Assembly: GCA_964016885.1 (NCBI GenBank)
Contig: OZ024748.1
Location: forward strand, 40,920,001 to 40,984,000
Direction of reading: 5' to 3'
DNA from: Eledone cirrhosa
Lineage: Eukaryota
DNA length: 64,000 nucleotides
Below, piece by piece: positions 51,460 to 64,000 of the stretch (positions are counted from its first letter, which is position 1; each line of letters opens with the position of its first letter). The position numbers and the translations under genes were made by a program. The notes beneath the pieces were generated by a model. It was not told the DNA's origin. It searched no databases and saw only the letters and a list, made by a program, of their open reading frames with translations.

Positions 51460-53380
51460 GATAGATATGTTTCTTTATTAGCCACAGGGGGACAAAAGAA
51501 GGGGACAAATACAAAGGGGGAAGTTTACATACAATAAAAACGTGTAAAACACTATCACAAATGCAATTTAAAAATTAGTCGATTTTCCCCAATAGGGGGA
51601 GACATTACATGTGGGTAACACATACCCCCGAAAAAATGTGCAACCCTCATCTCCAGGAGTACGAAGAGTGTGTACCCCTTTCCTCTCTTCCTCTTTTTCC
51701 TCAATCTACAGGCTGATATAGAGAGAAGGCCCATTCACTCGGGCCATTCTCGCCACTTTCACCCACCTTTCATAAAACTTGCTGGGGTACAGCACCTCTC
51801 CCTCCACCCTGATTCTTCTTCCAAAGTGGTATTTGAAAAAAAGAATCAGTTGTTGGCCGGAGAGAAAGGTGTCTGACCTCAGCCCTTTCAACCTTGTCCA
51901 CCATACAACCTCTTTCGCCATAGCTATCACACAAAGGAAAACTGCCTCTCCTTCGTTTTTGAAGGAGGGTGGCGGTATGATCATGACAATGGACTCGGTG
52001 GTCAACCGGATTGGTCCCACCCGTGACAATAGTCGTTCTACATAGCACCACAGGTCGGTAATGCCCAGGCAGTGTACGAATGCGTGTGCAAAGGTTTCTT
52101 CGTCTCGGACCCATCTCGGACAGATCTTTTTCGAAGGGTCCCTGCTCAGGCACCCTGTTTCTTCCAAAGGAATTGGAAGAGCGCGTGCTCCATTTTGGTG
52201 AGTGTTTTGGCTGGACAAGGCACGACGGTCAAGCGGTAGTAGATGACGGACACTATAAAAGTGTTCGCCACCTCCGCTCGACCTTTCAAGGATAGTTTGC
52301 ACTTGGCCCACTTCTGGGTGAGTGCAAACACCTTGGCTGTCACCTCGTTCCAGTTCTTCTCCACCTGGAGGTCCAGACCAAACTAGACCCCGAGCAGCTT
52401 CACCGGTCCCTCCGTCCAGTGTCCGACGACGCCATCGGAAGGCATCGGTTTTCCTCTCCACGAGTTGCTCCTGTGAACCTTTCGTATTCCTTCAGTAGGG
52501 TGCCAACTTCCTCAATTTGCGAGGTGCTCGACACCATTACTGTGACGTCGCTTTTCGCAGTCCCGGTTCTAGAGGGATGCCCTGCAATAGCTCCAACTTC
52601 CGCAGTAGTGGCTGGAGAGTCAGTACGTACAGAAGGGAGGAGAGAGGGCATCCCTGTCAGATGGATCGTGTGATATGGAACGGCTCCGAGAGGTAGCCGT
52701 TCACCTTGACCCTTGAGCAGATGTTGCTGCTGTGCATTGCAGCAATGCAGCCCCTGAACATGGGTCCGAAGCCTGCCGCCTCGAGCACCGCATCCAGGTA
52801 ACGATGGTCAACCCTATCGAAAGCCTTAGACTGATCCAAGTTGATCAGGGCCCCACCGAAGCTGGGTTTACACCCTACCCTCTCTATGATGTATCACATG
52901 AGGTGGAGGTTGTCATGTATGGACCTGGTCAGGATTGCGCATGTCTGCGCTTCTCCCACCAGGTTTTCGACGACAAGCGCCAGCCTCTTTGCCAACACCT
53001 TGGCCAAAATCTGTAACTGTGTTTAGTAGAGTTATGGGCCGGAAGTTGCCTATGTCATCCCCCTTATTCTCATCCTTCCTGACCAACGTGACTAGGCCCT
53101 TGGTCACAGAACTCGGAATTCTCCCGTTCTGCTGCCAGTTGCAGTAGACCGCTTCCAGGAGACCGGAGAATAAGTCCGGCATTGCTACGTAAAATTTGTA
53201 GGGTAGACCGTCGAGACCTGGAGATTTGCGTTTGCCGCATTGGCTCAGCGCGTCCCCTATCTCAGCGGCTGAAATCAGCCTTTCGCAGAACTTCGCCTTG
53301 CTGTCCGAGAGCTGCGGCAGGCCGTCGAGGTATGGACTGAAATCCATAGCCCTCCCAGCGCGCTGCCTTGCCCGAACAGT
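51460..53380 (-). mobile_element. Degraded Tx1/L1-group LINE, 5'-truncated and internally deleted
   Basis: Frameshifted pieces KSPGLDGLPYKFY, NFRPITLLNT, DQSKAFDRVDH.YL, LSLKGRAEVANTFI, CPR..DEETFAHAFVHC; AATAAA then (TATC)n at the 3' end. Confidence 0.85.
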
Positions 53381-53727
53381 TAGGTAGATAGATAGATAGA
53401 CAGATAAATAGATAGATAAGTACAAAGAAAGTGTGGTAAGAAACCTGGTGGACCATAACATACCAGAGTACTCAATACTTAGAGTAGTAGAGTGGGTAAG
53501 CTCCGGCCGTTTCGACAGCTAGATCCGAACTGCTTGGATTTAGCTGTCGAAACGGTCGGAGCTCAGCCGTCGGGGTCCTGACTCCTTTGCTATAGATAGA
53601 TAAGTAAATAAATAGATTGATAGATAGATACATGGAATAATAGATAGATGGATAATTAGATGAATAGATAGATAGATATACATCATATACAGATATGATG
53701 TGTGCGTGCATATATATATATAAATAG

Positions 53728-53933
53728 TTCCACAACAGTTAGTTCACCATACCGAGAACAAATGTTTCACCTTGTTCGGATCCCTTATTATTACCAAGCT
53801 GAGGATCTGAATAAGGGAAAACATTTGTTCTCGGTATGGTGAACTAACTGTTGTGGAACAACTTCTACCAAACTCGTCCCATGGACTGAGTGTTCTACTT
53901 CTATGGATATAACTCACCAGTATTCTACTATTA

Positions 53934-53935
<2 letters not shown>
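53728..53935. mobile_element. Foldback family D with hammerhead-like motif at 53792-53836 (+)
   Basis: Inverted repeat 53728-53859; TACCAAG-CTGAGGA-tctgaataagg-GAAAACATTTGTT-CTCGGTA. Confidence 0.7.
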
Positions 53936-53941
<6 letters not shown>

Positions 53942-53971
<30 letters not shown>

Positions 53972-54270
53972 AATTATTGTGTAAAGTGCTCAGGTGCACT
54001 ACAACTCGTCAAAGGTGCACGTATAGTACATAGAATAATATACAAATTTCAGGGAAGTGAATAGTGTATGAATCAGGATATACATGTGTGTATGTGTGTG
54101 GAGGGGGAACATTAGGTGTAGTGTTGGCGGATCTCGGGAAGCATGGAGGTTTTAAAGGATGCAGAGTCTCGACAGCTAACAACTGATGCAGGTAGTTTGT
54201 TCCATGCTTCAGCAACTCTGAACGTGAAAAAATGTTTCTGAAAGTCATGGGATCTGTGCTGTTTTCTGAC
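53942..54270 (-). mobile_element. CR1-like LINE 3' fragment
   Basis: Minus frame reads HFFTFRVAEAWNKLPASVV..SASFK; (TTA)n tail. Confidence 0.75.
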
Positions 54271-54448
54271 TTATATATATATATACATATATATCATGAC
54301 CAAACATACAGAAAAAGAAAGCAGTATTGGAAAGGACTAATAATGCCATAAATAAGAGGAAAGGGAGGGAAAAAGCAAGGACTATTAGTCAAAGTTATAA
54401 ATTTGATCAATATCATCTCCACTTCACCATTTTTAATTCCTTAAATAG

Positions 54449-54586
54449 GTTTATGAGAGTGATGAATTCTACGACATTGCTGATGATCTTGGTATTATGA
54501 TCTGGCATGATTTTATGTTTGCTGTGGCCCTCTACCCAGACACTCCAGACTTTCTCAATTCTGTCAAAGATGAAGTTATATACCAG
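54449..54586 (+). CDS. MANBA: MANBA exon 9 ([46 protein letters not shown])
   Basis: TAG acceptor, CAG|GTAAAA donor, 46 codons, phase 0/0. Confidence 0.95.
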
Positions 54587-54721
54587 GTAAAACACACAAC
54601 TTTCTTCTTCCTTTGTCATTTTTTCCCCTATGTTCCTGTTGTTGCTATAGTTTTTAAACAGTTCTTTCACTCTGTCCTTCTTTCCTCCATGGATGGATTT
54701 CTACAAATCCTGATTCTCTAA

Positions 54722-56320
54722 ACTGTGATAACAGTTATAACTGTAATCACAGTTTTAACTGTGATTACAGTTATAGCTATGATTACAGTTATAGCTGTGA
54801 TTACAGTTATAGCTGTGATTACAGTTATAACTTGGATTACAGTTATAGCTGTGATAACAGTTATAACTTGGATTACAGTTATAGCTGTGATAACAGTTAT
54901 AACTTGGATTACAGTTATAGCTGTGATAACAGTTATAACTTGGATTACAGTTATAGCTGTGATAACAGTTATAACTTGGATTACAGTTATAGCTGTGATA
55001 ACAGTTATAACTGTGATTACAGTTATAGCTGTGATAACAGTTATAGCTGTGATTATAGTTATAGCTGTGATTACAGTTATAGCTGTGATAACAGTTATAG
55101 CTGTGATAACAGTTATAGCTGTGATAACAGTTATAGCTGTGATTACAGTTATAGCTGTGATAACAGTTATAGCTGTGATAACAGTTATAACTGTGATTAC
55201 AGTTATAGCTGTGATAACAGTTATAGCTGTGATAACAGTTATAGCTGTGATTACAGTTATAGCTGTGATAACAGTTATAGCTGTGATTACAGTTATAGCT
55301 GTGATAACAGTTATAGCTGTGATTACAATTATAGCTGTGATTACAGTTATAGCTGTGATTACAGCTATAGCTGTGATAACAGTTATAACTGTGATTACAG
55401 TTATAACTGTGATTACAGCTATAGCTGTGATTACAGTTATAGCTGTGATTACAGTTATAGCTGTGATAACAGTTATAGCTGTGATTACAGCTATATCTGT
55501 GATAACAGTTATAGCTGTGATTACAGCTATAGCTGTGATAACAGTTATAGCAGTGATTACAGTTATAGCTGTGATAACAGTTATAGCTGTGATTACAGCT
55601 ATATCTGTGATAACAGTTATAGCTGTGATTACAGCTATAGCTGTGATAACAGTTATAGCAGTGATTACAGTTATAGCTGTGATAACAGTTATAGCTGTGA
55701 TTACAGCTATAGCTGTGATAACAGTTATAGCAGTGATTACAGTTATAACCGGGATTACAGTTATAGCTGTGATAACAGTTATAGCTGTGATTACAGCTAT
55801 AGCTGTGATAACAGTTATAGCTGTGATTACAGCTATAGCTGTGATAACAGTTATAGCAGTGATTACAGCTATAGCTGTGATAACAGTTATAGCAGTGATT
55901 ACAGCTATAGCTGTAATAACAGTTATAGCTGTGATTACAGCTATAGCTGTGATAACAGTTATAGCAGTGATTACAGTTATAACCGGGATTACAGTTATAG
56001 CTGTGATAACAGTTATAGCAGTGATTACAGCTATAGCTGTGATAACAGTTATAGCAGTGATTACAGCTATAGCTGTAATAACAGTTATAGCTGTGATTAC
56101 AGCTATAGCTGTGATAACAGTTATAGCAGTGATTACAGTTATAACCGGGATTACAGTTATAGCTGTGATAACAGTTATAGCTGTGATTACAGCTATAGCT
56201 GTGATAACAGTTATAGCTGTGATTACAGCTATAGCTGTGATAACAGTTATAGCAGTGATTACAGCTATAGCTGTGATAACAGTTATAGCAGTGATTACAG
56301 TTATAACTATGATAACAGTT
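54722..56320. repeat. 18-bp minisatellite with self-complementary unit
   Basis: ACAG(T/C)TATA(G/A)CTGTGAT(T/A); fills most of intron 9. Confidence 0.97.
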
Positions 56321-56391
56321 GTTGTCTTTATTGTTATTGTTGTCATTTTGTATTTGAAACTTTATCCAGTTATATTCTGTTATTATTTGAG

Positions 56392-56471
56392 GTTCGTCGC
56401 TTGATGCATCATCCCTCCATTGTTATCTGGGCTGGAAACAACGAGAATGAACTCGCTCTCAGAAAAGCTTG
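56392..56471 (+). CDS. MANBA: MANBA exon 10 with catalytic acid/base Glu (VRRLMHHPSIVIWAGNNENELALRKA)
   Basis: HPS..IW.GNNENE GH2 motif; unusual GAG acceptor at 56389-56391; GTCAGT donor at 56472; phase 0/2. Confidence 0.93.
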
Positions 56472-56509
56472 GTCAGTTTTACTTCTTTCTTATTGAAGCA
56501 TGGACACAT

Positions 56510-57100
56510 TTGATGGTGATGGTGATGATGATGATCTCTGGAAGTATTGGTGGTGGTGAAGGTGGCAGTGGTGGCAGCAGTGGCAGTGGTGAGGGTAGTG
56601 GTGGTGGTGGTACTGTTGGCTGTGGTGGTGGTGGCAGTGGTGGTGGTGGTAGTGGTGGTGATAGTGATGCTGGTGGTGGTGGCAGTGATGGTGGTGGTAG
56701 TAGTGGTGATGGTGGTGATGGTGGTAGTGGTGGTCGTGCTGTTGGCTGTGGTGGTGGTGGTGGTGGCAGGGATGGTGGCGCTGTTGGCTGTAGTGGCAGT
56801 GGTGGTAGTGGTGGTGGTGGTGTTGGCTGTGGTGGTGGCAGTGGTGGTAGTCGTGGTGCTGTTGGTGGTGGTGGTGGTGGTGTTGGCTGTGGTGGTGGTG
56901 ATGGTGGTGGCGGGGCTGGTGGTCACGGTAGTAGTGGTGGTGTTGGTGTTGGCTGTGGTGGTGGTGGTGGTGGTAGTAGTAGTGGTGTTGGTGGTGGTGG
57001 TGTTGATGGTGGTGGTAGTGGTAGTGGTGGTGGTGGTATTGGTGGTGGTAGTGTCAGTAGTAGTGGAGGTGGTGGTAGTGGTGGTAGTGGTGGTGTAGTT
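56510..57100. repeat. GGT-rich array filling intron 10
   Basis: Direct inspection. Confidence 0.93.
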
Positions 57101-57165
57101 GTTAATGTTGTTTCTTTTCTCACATCTTTCAGTTATTGTATTTTTCTGTCTGCTTCTTATCTCAG

Positions 57166-57359
57166 GTTTCCAATCAGTATTGAACATTTCCAGAAATATC
57201 GGCAGGCCTATATCAATCTATATGTAAACACAATTGGTGCTAATGTCACCAAGGAAGATACCAGCCGCCCATATGTCACATCAAGCCCTTCAAATGGAGC
57301 GAAAACAAAATTAGATGGATGGATTTCTCCAAATCCTGATTCTCTAAACTATGGCGATA
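57166..57359 (+). CDS. MANBA: MANBA exon 11 (W-FPISIEHFQKYRQAYINLYVNTIG...RPYVTSSPSNG...NYGD)
   Basis: ctcag acceptor, GTAATT donor at 57360, D.SRP...SSPSNG and GD motifs; phase 2/1. Confidence 0.94.
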
Positions 57360-57409
57360 GTAATTAACATTTAATTATTCTTAATTTGATTAGACACATT
57401 GAGTATCAC

Positions 57410-58140
57410 TGCGTGAGAGAGGAATAGAGACAGTGATGGATGTTGGGGAGAGAAATCGAGTGAGATGGTTGGGTCATGTATTGGGGAAGGAATAAAGTGA
57501 CTGGGTGAGAGAGGAATAGAGACTGTGATGGATGTTGGGGAGAGAAATGGAGTGAGATGGTTGGGTCATGTGTTGGGAAAAGGATGACGGTGACTGGGTG
57601 AGAGAGGAATAGAGACTGTGATGGATGTTGGGGAGAGAAATGGAGTGAGATGGTTGGGTCATGTGTTGGGGAAGGAATAAAGTGACTGGGTGAGAGAGGA
57701 ATAGAGACTGTGATGGATGTTGGGGAGAGAAATGGAGTGAGATGGTTGGGTCATGTGTTGGGAAAAGGATGACGGTGACTGGGTGAGAGAGGAATAGAGA
57801 CTGTGATGGATGTTGGGGAGAGAAATGGAGTGAGATGGTTGGGTCATGTGTTGGGGAAGGAATAAAGTGACTGGGTGAGAGAGGAATAGAGACTGTGATG
57901 GATGTTGGGGAGAGAAATGGAGTGAGATGGTTGGGTCATGTGTTGGGAAAAGGATGACGGTGACTGGGTGAGAGAGGAATAGAGACTGTGATGGATGTTG
58001 GGGAGAGAAATGGAGTGAGATGGTTGGGTCATGTGTTGGGGAAGGAATAAAGTGACTGGGTGAGAGAGGAATAGAGACAGTGATGGATGTTGGGGAGAGA
58101 AATGGAGTGAGATGGTTGGGTCATGTGTTGAGGAAGGATG
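57410..58140. repeat. 185-bp higher-order repeat made of two ~92-bp subunits
   Basis: Near-identical ORFs recur every 185 nt (57474, 57659, 57844, 58029). Confidence 0.95.
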
Positions 58141-58339
58141 ATGAACATGCAAACTTTTATAATACATAATGAAAGTGCAGATATAATGCAGCATGTCAAC
58201 CTTTTATAATACATGATTACGTAGATATAATATACAGGCAACCTTTTATAAGGTAGAAAATGTTGTTTTCAACATTTGGTTAAAATTGTTGAAGTTAGTG
58301 ACGTACTTGTCAAAGTAGTGACACATAAACATACACATT

Positions 58340-58437
<98 letters not shown>

Positions 58438-58440
58438 CAG

Positions 58441-58780
58441 CATCATCATTTCATTTCATCATCTCATTTTACGTCCGCTTTTTACCTGCTTGCAAGGGTG
58501 GGACGGGAACTGATTCTGGCTTGATTTCTACAGCTGGATGCCCTTCCTCATTTACAGTGAGTGCTGGGGGCTTTTTTGCCGTGGCACCTCCACGACCACT
58601 TTGCAGTGGAATGATAGGGACCCCAGTCCCTATCATCTCATTTCTACAGCTGAGTAAACTGGAGCAATGTGAAATAAAGTGTCTTGCTCAAGGAAACAAC
58701 ACATCACCTGGTCTGAGAATTGAACTCACAACCTTTCGATTGCAAGGCCAATGCCCTAACCACTAAGACATTTGCCTCCA
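58441..58780 (-). mobile_element. SINE family 2, full length
   Basis: Near-identical to 34068-34413. Confidence 0.88.
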
Positions 58781-58799
58781 TGTGTGTGTGTTATTCAGT

Positions 58800-59749
<950 letters not shown>

Positions 59750-59750
<1 letters not shown>

Positions 59751-62700
59751 AACTTTGAATAACTTTGAAATGTTTTGGCCAGTATTGGCCCAGGCCATGT
59801 CTAACTTAATAGCACCACCTGGCGAAGTCTTTCAATTCAGGATTTGGGCACCATGGCCCATTCGAGAAGAGAATTACTGTTTGCGGAGACATATCCGGGT
59901 GTGGGTGGTTTGTCCGGGATTACTTGGAGGAATTTGTCCAAAGACTTCTTGAATTTTGTGTGGTCAGTTTCTGTTTTGACGTGTCCTGGTGTGATGTTGA
60001 AGAGAGCAGGGCCGATTGAGGTGAAATAATTGTGCCGTATTGTTGTTATGAGTTGCGATTTAGATTTTTGAATGGGACGGATAGCACGGGGCCCAAGCCT
60101 TGGGTGTATCTTGAAGGCGAGGCCAACATCATTTGGGCAGTGATGATGGAACAATTTCCACATCATGCAGATAATATAACGCTCACGGCGACGTTGGAGT
60201 GAGTAAAGTTTCAGGTTTTCTAATCGACCCCAGTAGTCAAGGTCTGACATGCCATCTATCTTTTTCGTGATTGCCCTTTGAGGAGCTTCAAGTTTCATGA
60301 TACTTTGTTTCGTGTGGGGAGACCACAGTGGACAACAGTATTCAAGGTGTGGTCGGGCAAAAGTAGAGAAGAGAAGGATAATGGTGCGGGAATCTCTCGA
60401 CTGGAAGGTTCTGAGGATCCAGGAACACATTCTGCGGGCCATGTCAACTTTGCTGCTTATATGCGTGGTCCAGCTTATGTTGCTGTCCACGGTTACTCCC
60501 AAGTCTCTGATGTTGTTAGATGCCACGAGAGTTTCCCCGGAGGGAAGGGAGTACGGGAGTTTCAGAGCATCCTCTTTTCCAAAGTGGATCAGTTCGAATT
60601 TGTCTTCGTTCAGTAACATGTTGTTCTTTTCTGCCCATTGGGTAACAGCCAGTAGGTCTGACTGAAGGCTTATCCGGTCATCCACGCCATTGATGACCTT
60701 TTGGAGCTTGGAATCATCAGCGAAAATTTTAATGTTGCTGTGTTTGATGATGTCAGTGATGTCATTAATATAGATGATGAAGAGAAGTGGGCCCAACACA
60801 GTGCCTTGTGGGACCCCACTACTGACTTTGGCTGGGCTTGATTTGACTCCCTCAACTACAACATGTTGGGTTCTGTTTGACAGGAAGCTCTTGATCCACT
60901 GCAGCAGCTTTCCAGTGACACCAATATTGGACAGCTTTCTCAGTAGAATGTTATGATCAACCCTGTCAAAGGCCTTGCTGAAATCAAGGTAGATAACATC
61001 AGTGTTGGAACCCTCTCCCAAGGCTCTCAAAATGTCATCAAAGTGATGCAGTAGCTGCGTCAGGCAATCCCTTCCATTACGGAATCCATGCTGGTTGGAG
61101 TTCAGCATATTGTTACTCTCAAGGAAGTGGGTCATTCGCGATCTCACCACTCTCTCAAATACCTTAATGATATGAGAGGTGAGTGAGATTGGACGGTAAT
61201 TCACGGCAAGGGATTTGTTTCCCTTTTTGAAAACTGGGACAACAGACTGGGATAGAAGGTTTTCTGGCACATATCCAGCATCCAGTGAGTTCCGCCACAG
61301 ATTGGCAAGAGGAGATGCAAGTTGGTGTTGACACGCCTTCAAGACACAAGCAGGGAACCTATCGGGACCTACTGCTGAATTATGCTTGATTTCCTTTATT
61401 GCCGCCAAGACATCAGGGGCGCCAAACGTTATGTCCGATAAGGTGTAATGGGGAGTAACATCGCCGATACAGCCCAGATCGGCCATATCAGGATTGCTGA
61501 AAACAGAGCAGTATTGTTTCTGCAGTATCTCACCCATGGTTTTAGCATTGTCTTGAAGAGTGCCATTTTCATCAATTAGAGGGCCAACAGTAGAGCCAGT
61601 GATTTTGTGTTTTTTTGCAAATGAAAAGAACACTTTGGGATTGAGTTTGATCTTCTCAATGGCCCAGGCCTCTTCAGCTCTTCTCTGATTGTTGATGAGG
61701 GACATTATGTTGTTTTGGAGGTTATGTTTTTTAATCTCTAGTGATGAAATGGCAGTCAAGTTGATGTGTTGCTGCTGACAGTATTTCAGCTTGTTGATTT
61801 TTTTTGTTCGTTCTCTTAATTTTTCTGATGAGCGTTTTTCTATTTCTAGGGATTCTGCTCTTAGATTTGTTTATAGTTCTTAATGGGGTGTGTTTAGCAC
61901 ATATGTTTGTAACAGTGTCCACAAATGTCTGCCAGGACTTTTTGATGTTAGTGGGTGTATGAGTGTGCGTGAAGGACCAGTCGACATGTGCAAGATCATG
62001 ACTGATCGCTTCCCAGTTTGCATTGTGGAAATCCATAGCGTCAAACGGATGGACAGGAGAGATGACATTGGGTTTGTATATTGGACGGTGGAATCTCAGA
62101 TCACAGAGAACCATGTCATGATCAGAGAGTAGAGTTTTCTCCACTGCAATATTGTGGATATTGTCAGTGTGATTGCTGAAAATTAAGTCTAGGACGTTTT
62201 TGTGGCACCTCGTTGGTTCGAGCACCAGTTGGGATAGGAAGAAATCATCCATGAAGTCAAGAAGCGATTCCACAGCTTCCCTGTCAGGGGTTGAGGCAGA
62301 AGAACCTGGTGGCAGGCTGTTTGTGGACCAGTCAACTCCGGGGAGGTTGAAGTCCCCCATCATTAAGATGTTGTCAGGGTGACACTCTTGGATGAAACAC
62401 TTTATGCTGTTGAGGCATTCCTTGAAGCATGGTACAGGCGTTTGGGGTGGCCTATAGAGCCCAACTACTAATAGGTTGTTGGTTTGACTGAATACAGTGA
62501 CTGCTTCACAGTATCCATTAGTGAATATGTTCATAGCCTCTGTTGAGAAAGAATTATGGACATAAATGGCAGTTCCGCCCTTTCTTCTGCCAGCGCGATC
62601 AGCACGGATGGCTTTGAAATTTTTCACTTTCACCTCGGCTTCCAAGTGGAGGTTACTGAGATGGGTTTCAGTGAGGACGAAGAAAGGGATGTGGTTTGGA

Positions 62701-63643
62701 TGGACATCAATCCAGTCCTCCAGGAATTTGATCTTCCATTTTTGAGTATTGGTGGAAGGGCTGGTGCCTTGGGCGTTAAGCAAAAATGTAGAGGCGAGAG
62801 TGGATGGTTTTAATTGTTTTGGTGTGTTGTTAATTTGTTTGTTTGTTAATGGCAGCAATGGGAGTTTGTGCAGTGGGGTGATAGTGGAGGGTGGTGCTGG
62901 GTGATAGCTCGAATGTGTTTTTCCAGTTCTTTTGCCAGATTCATTATGGCTAAAAAAGAGGAAGAAGTTTCCTGTTTAGAAGACTGTTGGTGACTGTGGT
63001 AGTGGTTATTTTTATGTAGGTTATGGTTTTTGTTTTTGCTTTTATTTTTAATTTTATTTTCATTTATCCGACGGGTCCCCGGGAGATGGGTAAAGGGACA
63101 ATCCCGGTCTAAACACAATCTGTCTCGCAGGGAAAAGCGGCAGATTTGTGGATTCCTTGTTTGAGTTATTGGTGGTTGTGTTGGTGTTAAATTAGAGTAT
63201 GTATTATTGTGGTGGCTGTTTGTGGGGATAGATCGTTTTGTCCTAGGTAAATGGGTGAATTTGCAGCCACTATCCGTACATATTCTATAGCGTAGAGAGT
63301 AGCGGCAAATGATGGGGTTTCGAGTGGGTGGGTATGTGGGTGTGTGTGTTGTGAGAGGTGTAGATGATGGTTTGGGTAGGATTTGATGACCTTTGTGGAC
63401 TGTGGAAGGGAGAGTTCTTGTTCTGGTATTAGAAGGTAAATTCCTTGACATAGCAGTAGACAAAAATGTTGTAGGAGAAGTAGTAGGCAGAGATGTTGGC
63501 AGTGGTGATGATTGGACTGCTGGGCCAGAGAAAGGATGTGGCGTTTCATGCTGTGAGACAGAGGCTACTGGGGGGTCAATAGTTTCATTTAGTAGATCGG
63601 CCATTGTTGATGAATCAAGGAGTGGTTCACACTGTTGTTGTTG
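59750..63643 (-). mobile_element. Apparently full-length CR1-group LINE (ORF1 with two CCCH fingers; ORF2 APE+RT with one frameshift)
   Basis: ORF1 62846-63604. APE: LTETHL, DR..RKGG, YRPP, MGDFNLP, LDLIF, SDH. RT: NYRPISLTS, QHGFR, YLDFSKAFDRV, SGVPQGTVLGPLLF, FADDSKL, RPHLEYC. Confidence 0.93.
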
Positions 63644-63668
63644 TATATATATATATATATATATGTCG

Positions 63669-63700
<32 letters not shown>

Positions 63701-63711
63701 GTATATATATA

Positions 63712-63768
<57 letters not shown>

Positions 63769-63823
63769 GTATGTATATATATATATGTATGTATATGTAT
63801 GTATATATATATATGTATGTATG

Positions 63824-63856
<33 letters not shown>

Positions 63857-64000
63857 ATATATATATGTATGTATGTATATATATATATATATGTATATAT
63901 ATATGTATGTATATATATGTATATATATATGTATGTATATATATATATATGTATGTATATGTATGTATATATATGTATGTATATGTATGTATATATATGT

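Noticed and set aside
54832-56496. 554-aa DYSYSC ORF continuous with exon 10
   Set aside because: The 18-bp unit is stop-free by chance. The exon 9 frame stops at 54721, and the AGs in the array are in the wrong phase for a phase-0 junction.
56420-57367. Gly-rich ORF running into exon 11
   Set aside because: It is a GGT repeat in intron 10. The intron length of 694 is not a multiple of 3, so retention would frameshift.

Overview
This is eukaryotic, repeat-dominated animal DNA. The SINE and RTE types and the very high microsatellite load suggest a cephalopod, probably Octopus, but that is inference. The only cellular gene is the 5' part of a lysosomal beta-mannosidase (MANBA, GH2) on the + strand. 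I resolved 11 coding exons by hand (1743-57359, all GT-AG, phases consistent, 1597 nt or about 532 codons, no internal stops). They include the signal peptide, SFSWDWGP, KGSNWIP, RVWGGG and the acid/base motif WAGNNENE; the rest of the gene lies beyond the window. The introns hold interrupted (TA)n arrays, about ten different minisatellites abutting the exons, two SINE families, RTE, CR1, Tx1 and RLE-type LINEs, a DD37D maT remnant, MITEs and a Penelope-like element (PLE) with a Hydra-type GIY-YIG endonuclease. The most striking unexplained structure is a set of at least 8 short-to-1.7-kb foldback (inverted-repeat) insertions in (TA)n. They belong to several unrelated sequence families, and many carry a readable type I hammerhead ribozyme core. 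In the foldbacks the antisense copy of the ribozyme precedes the sense copy in the MANBA pre-mRNA. Almost all long ORFs in the supplied track are low-complexity artefacts.
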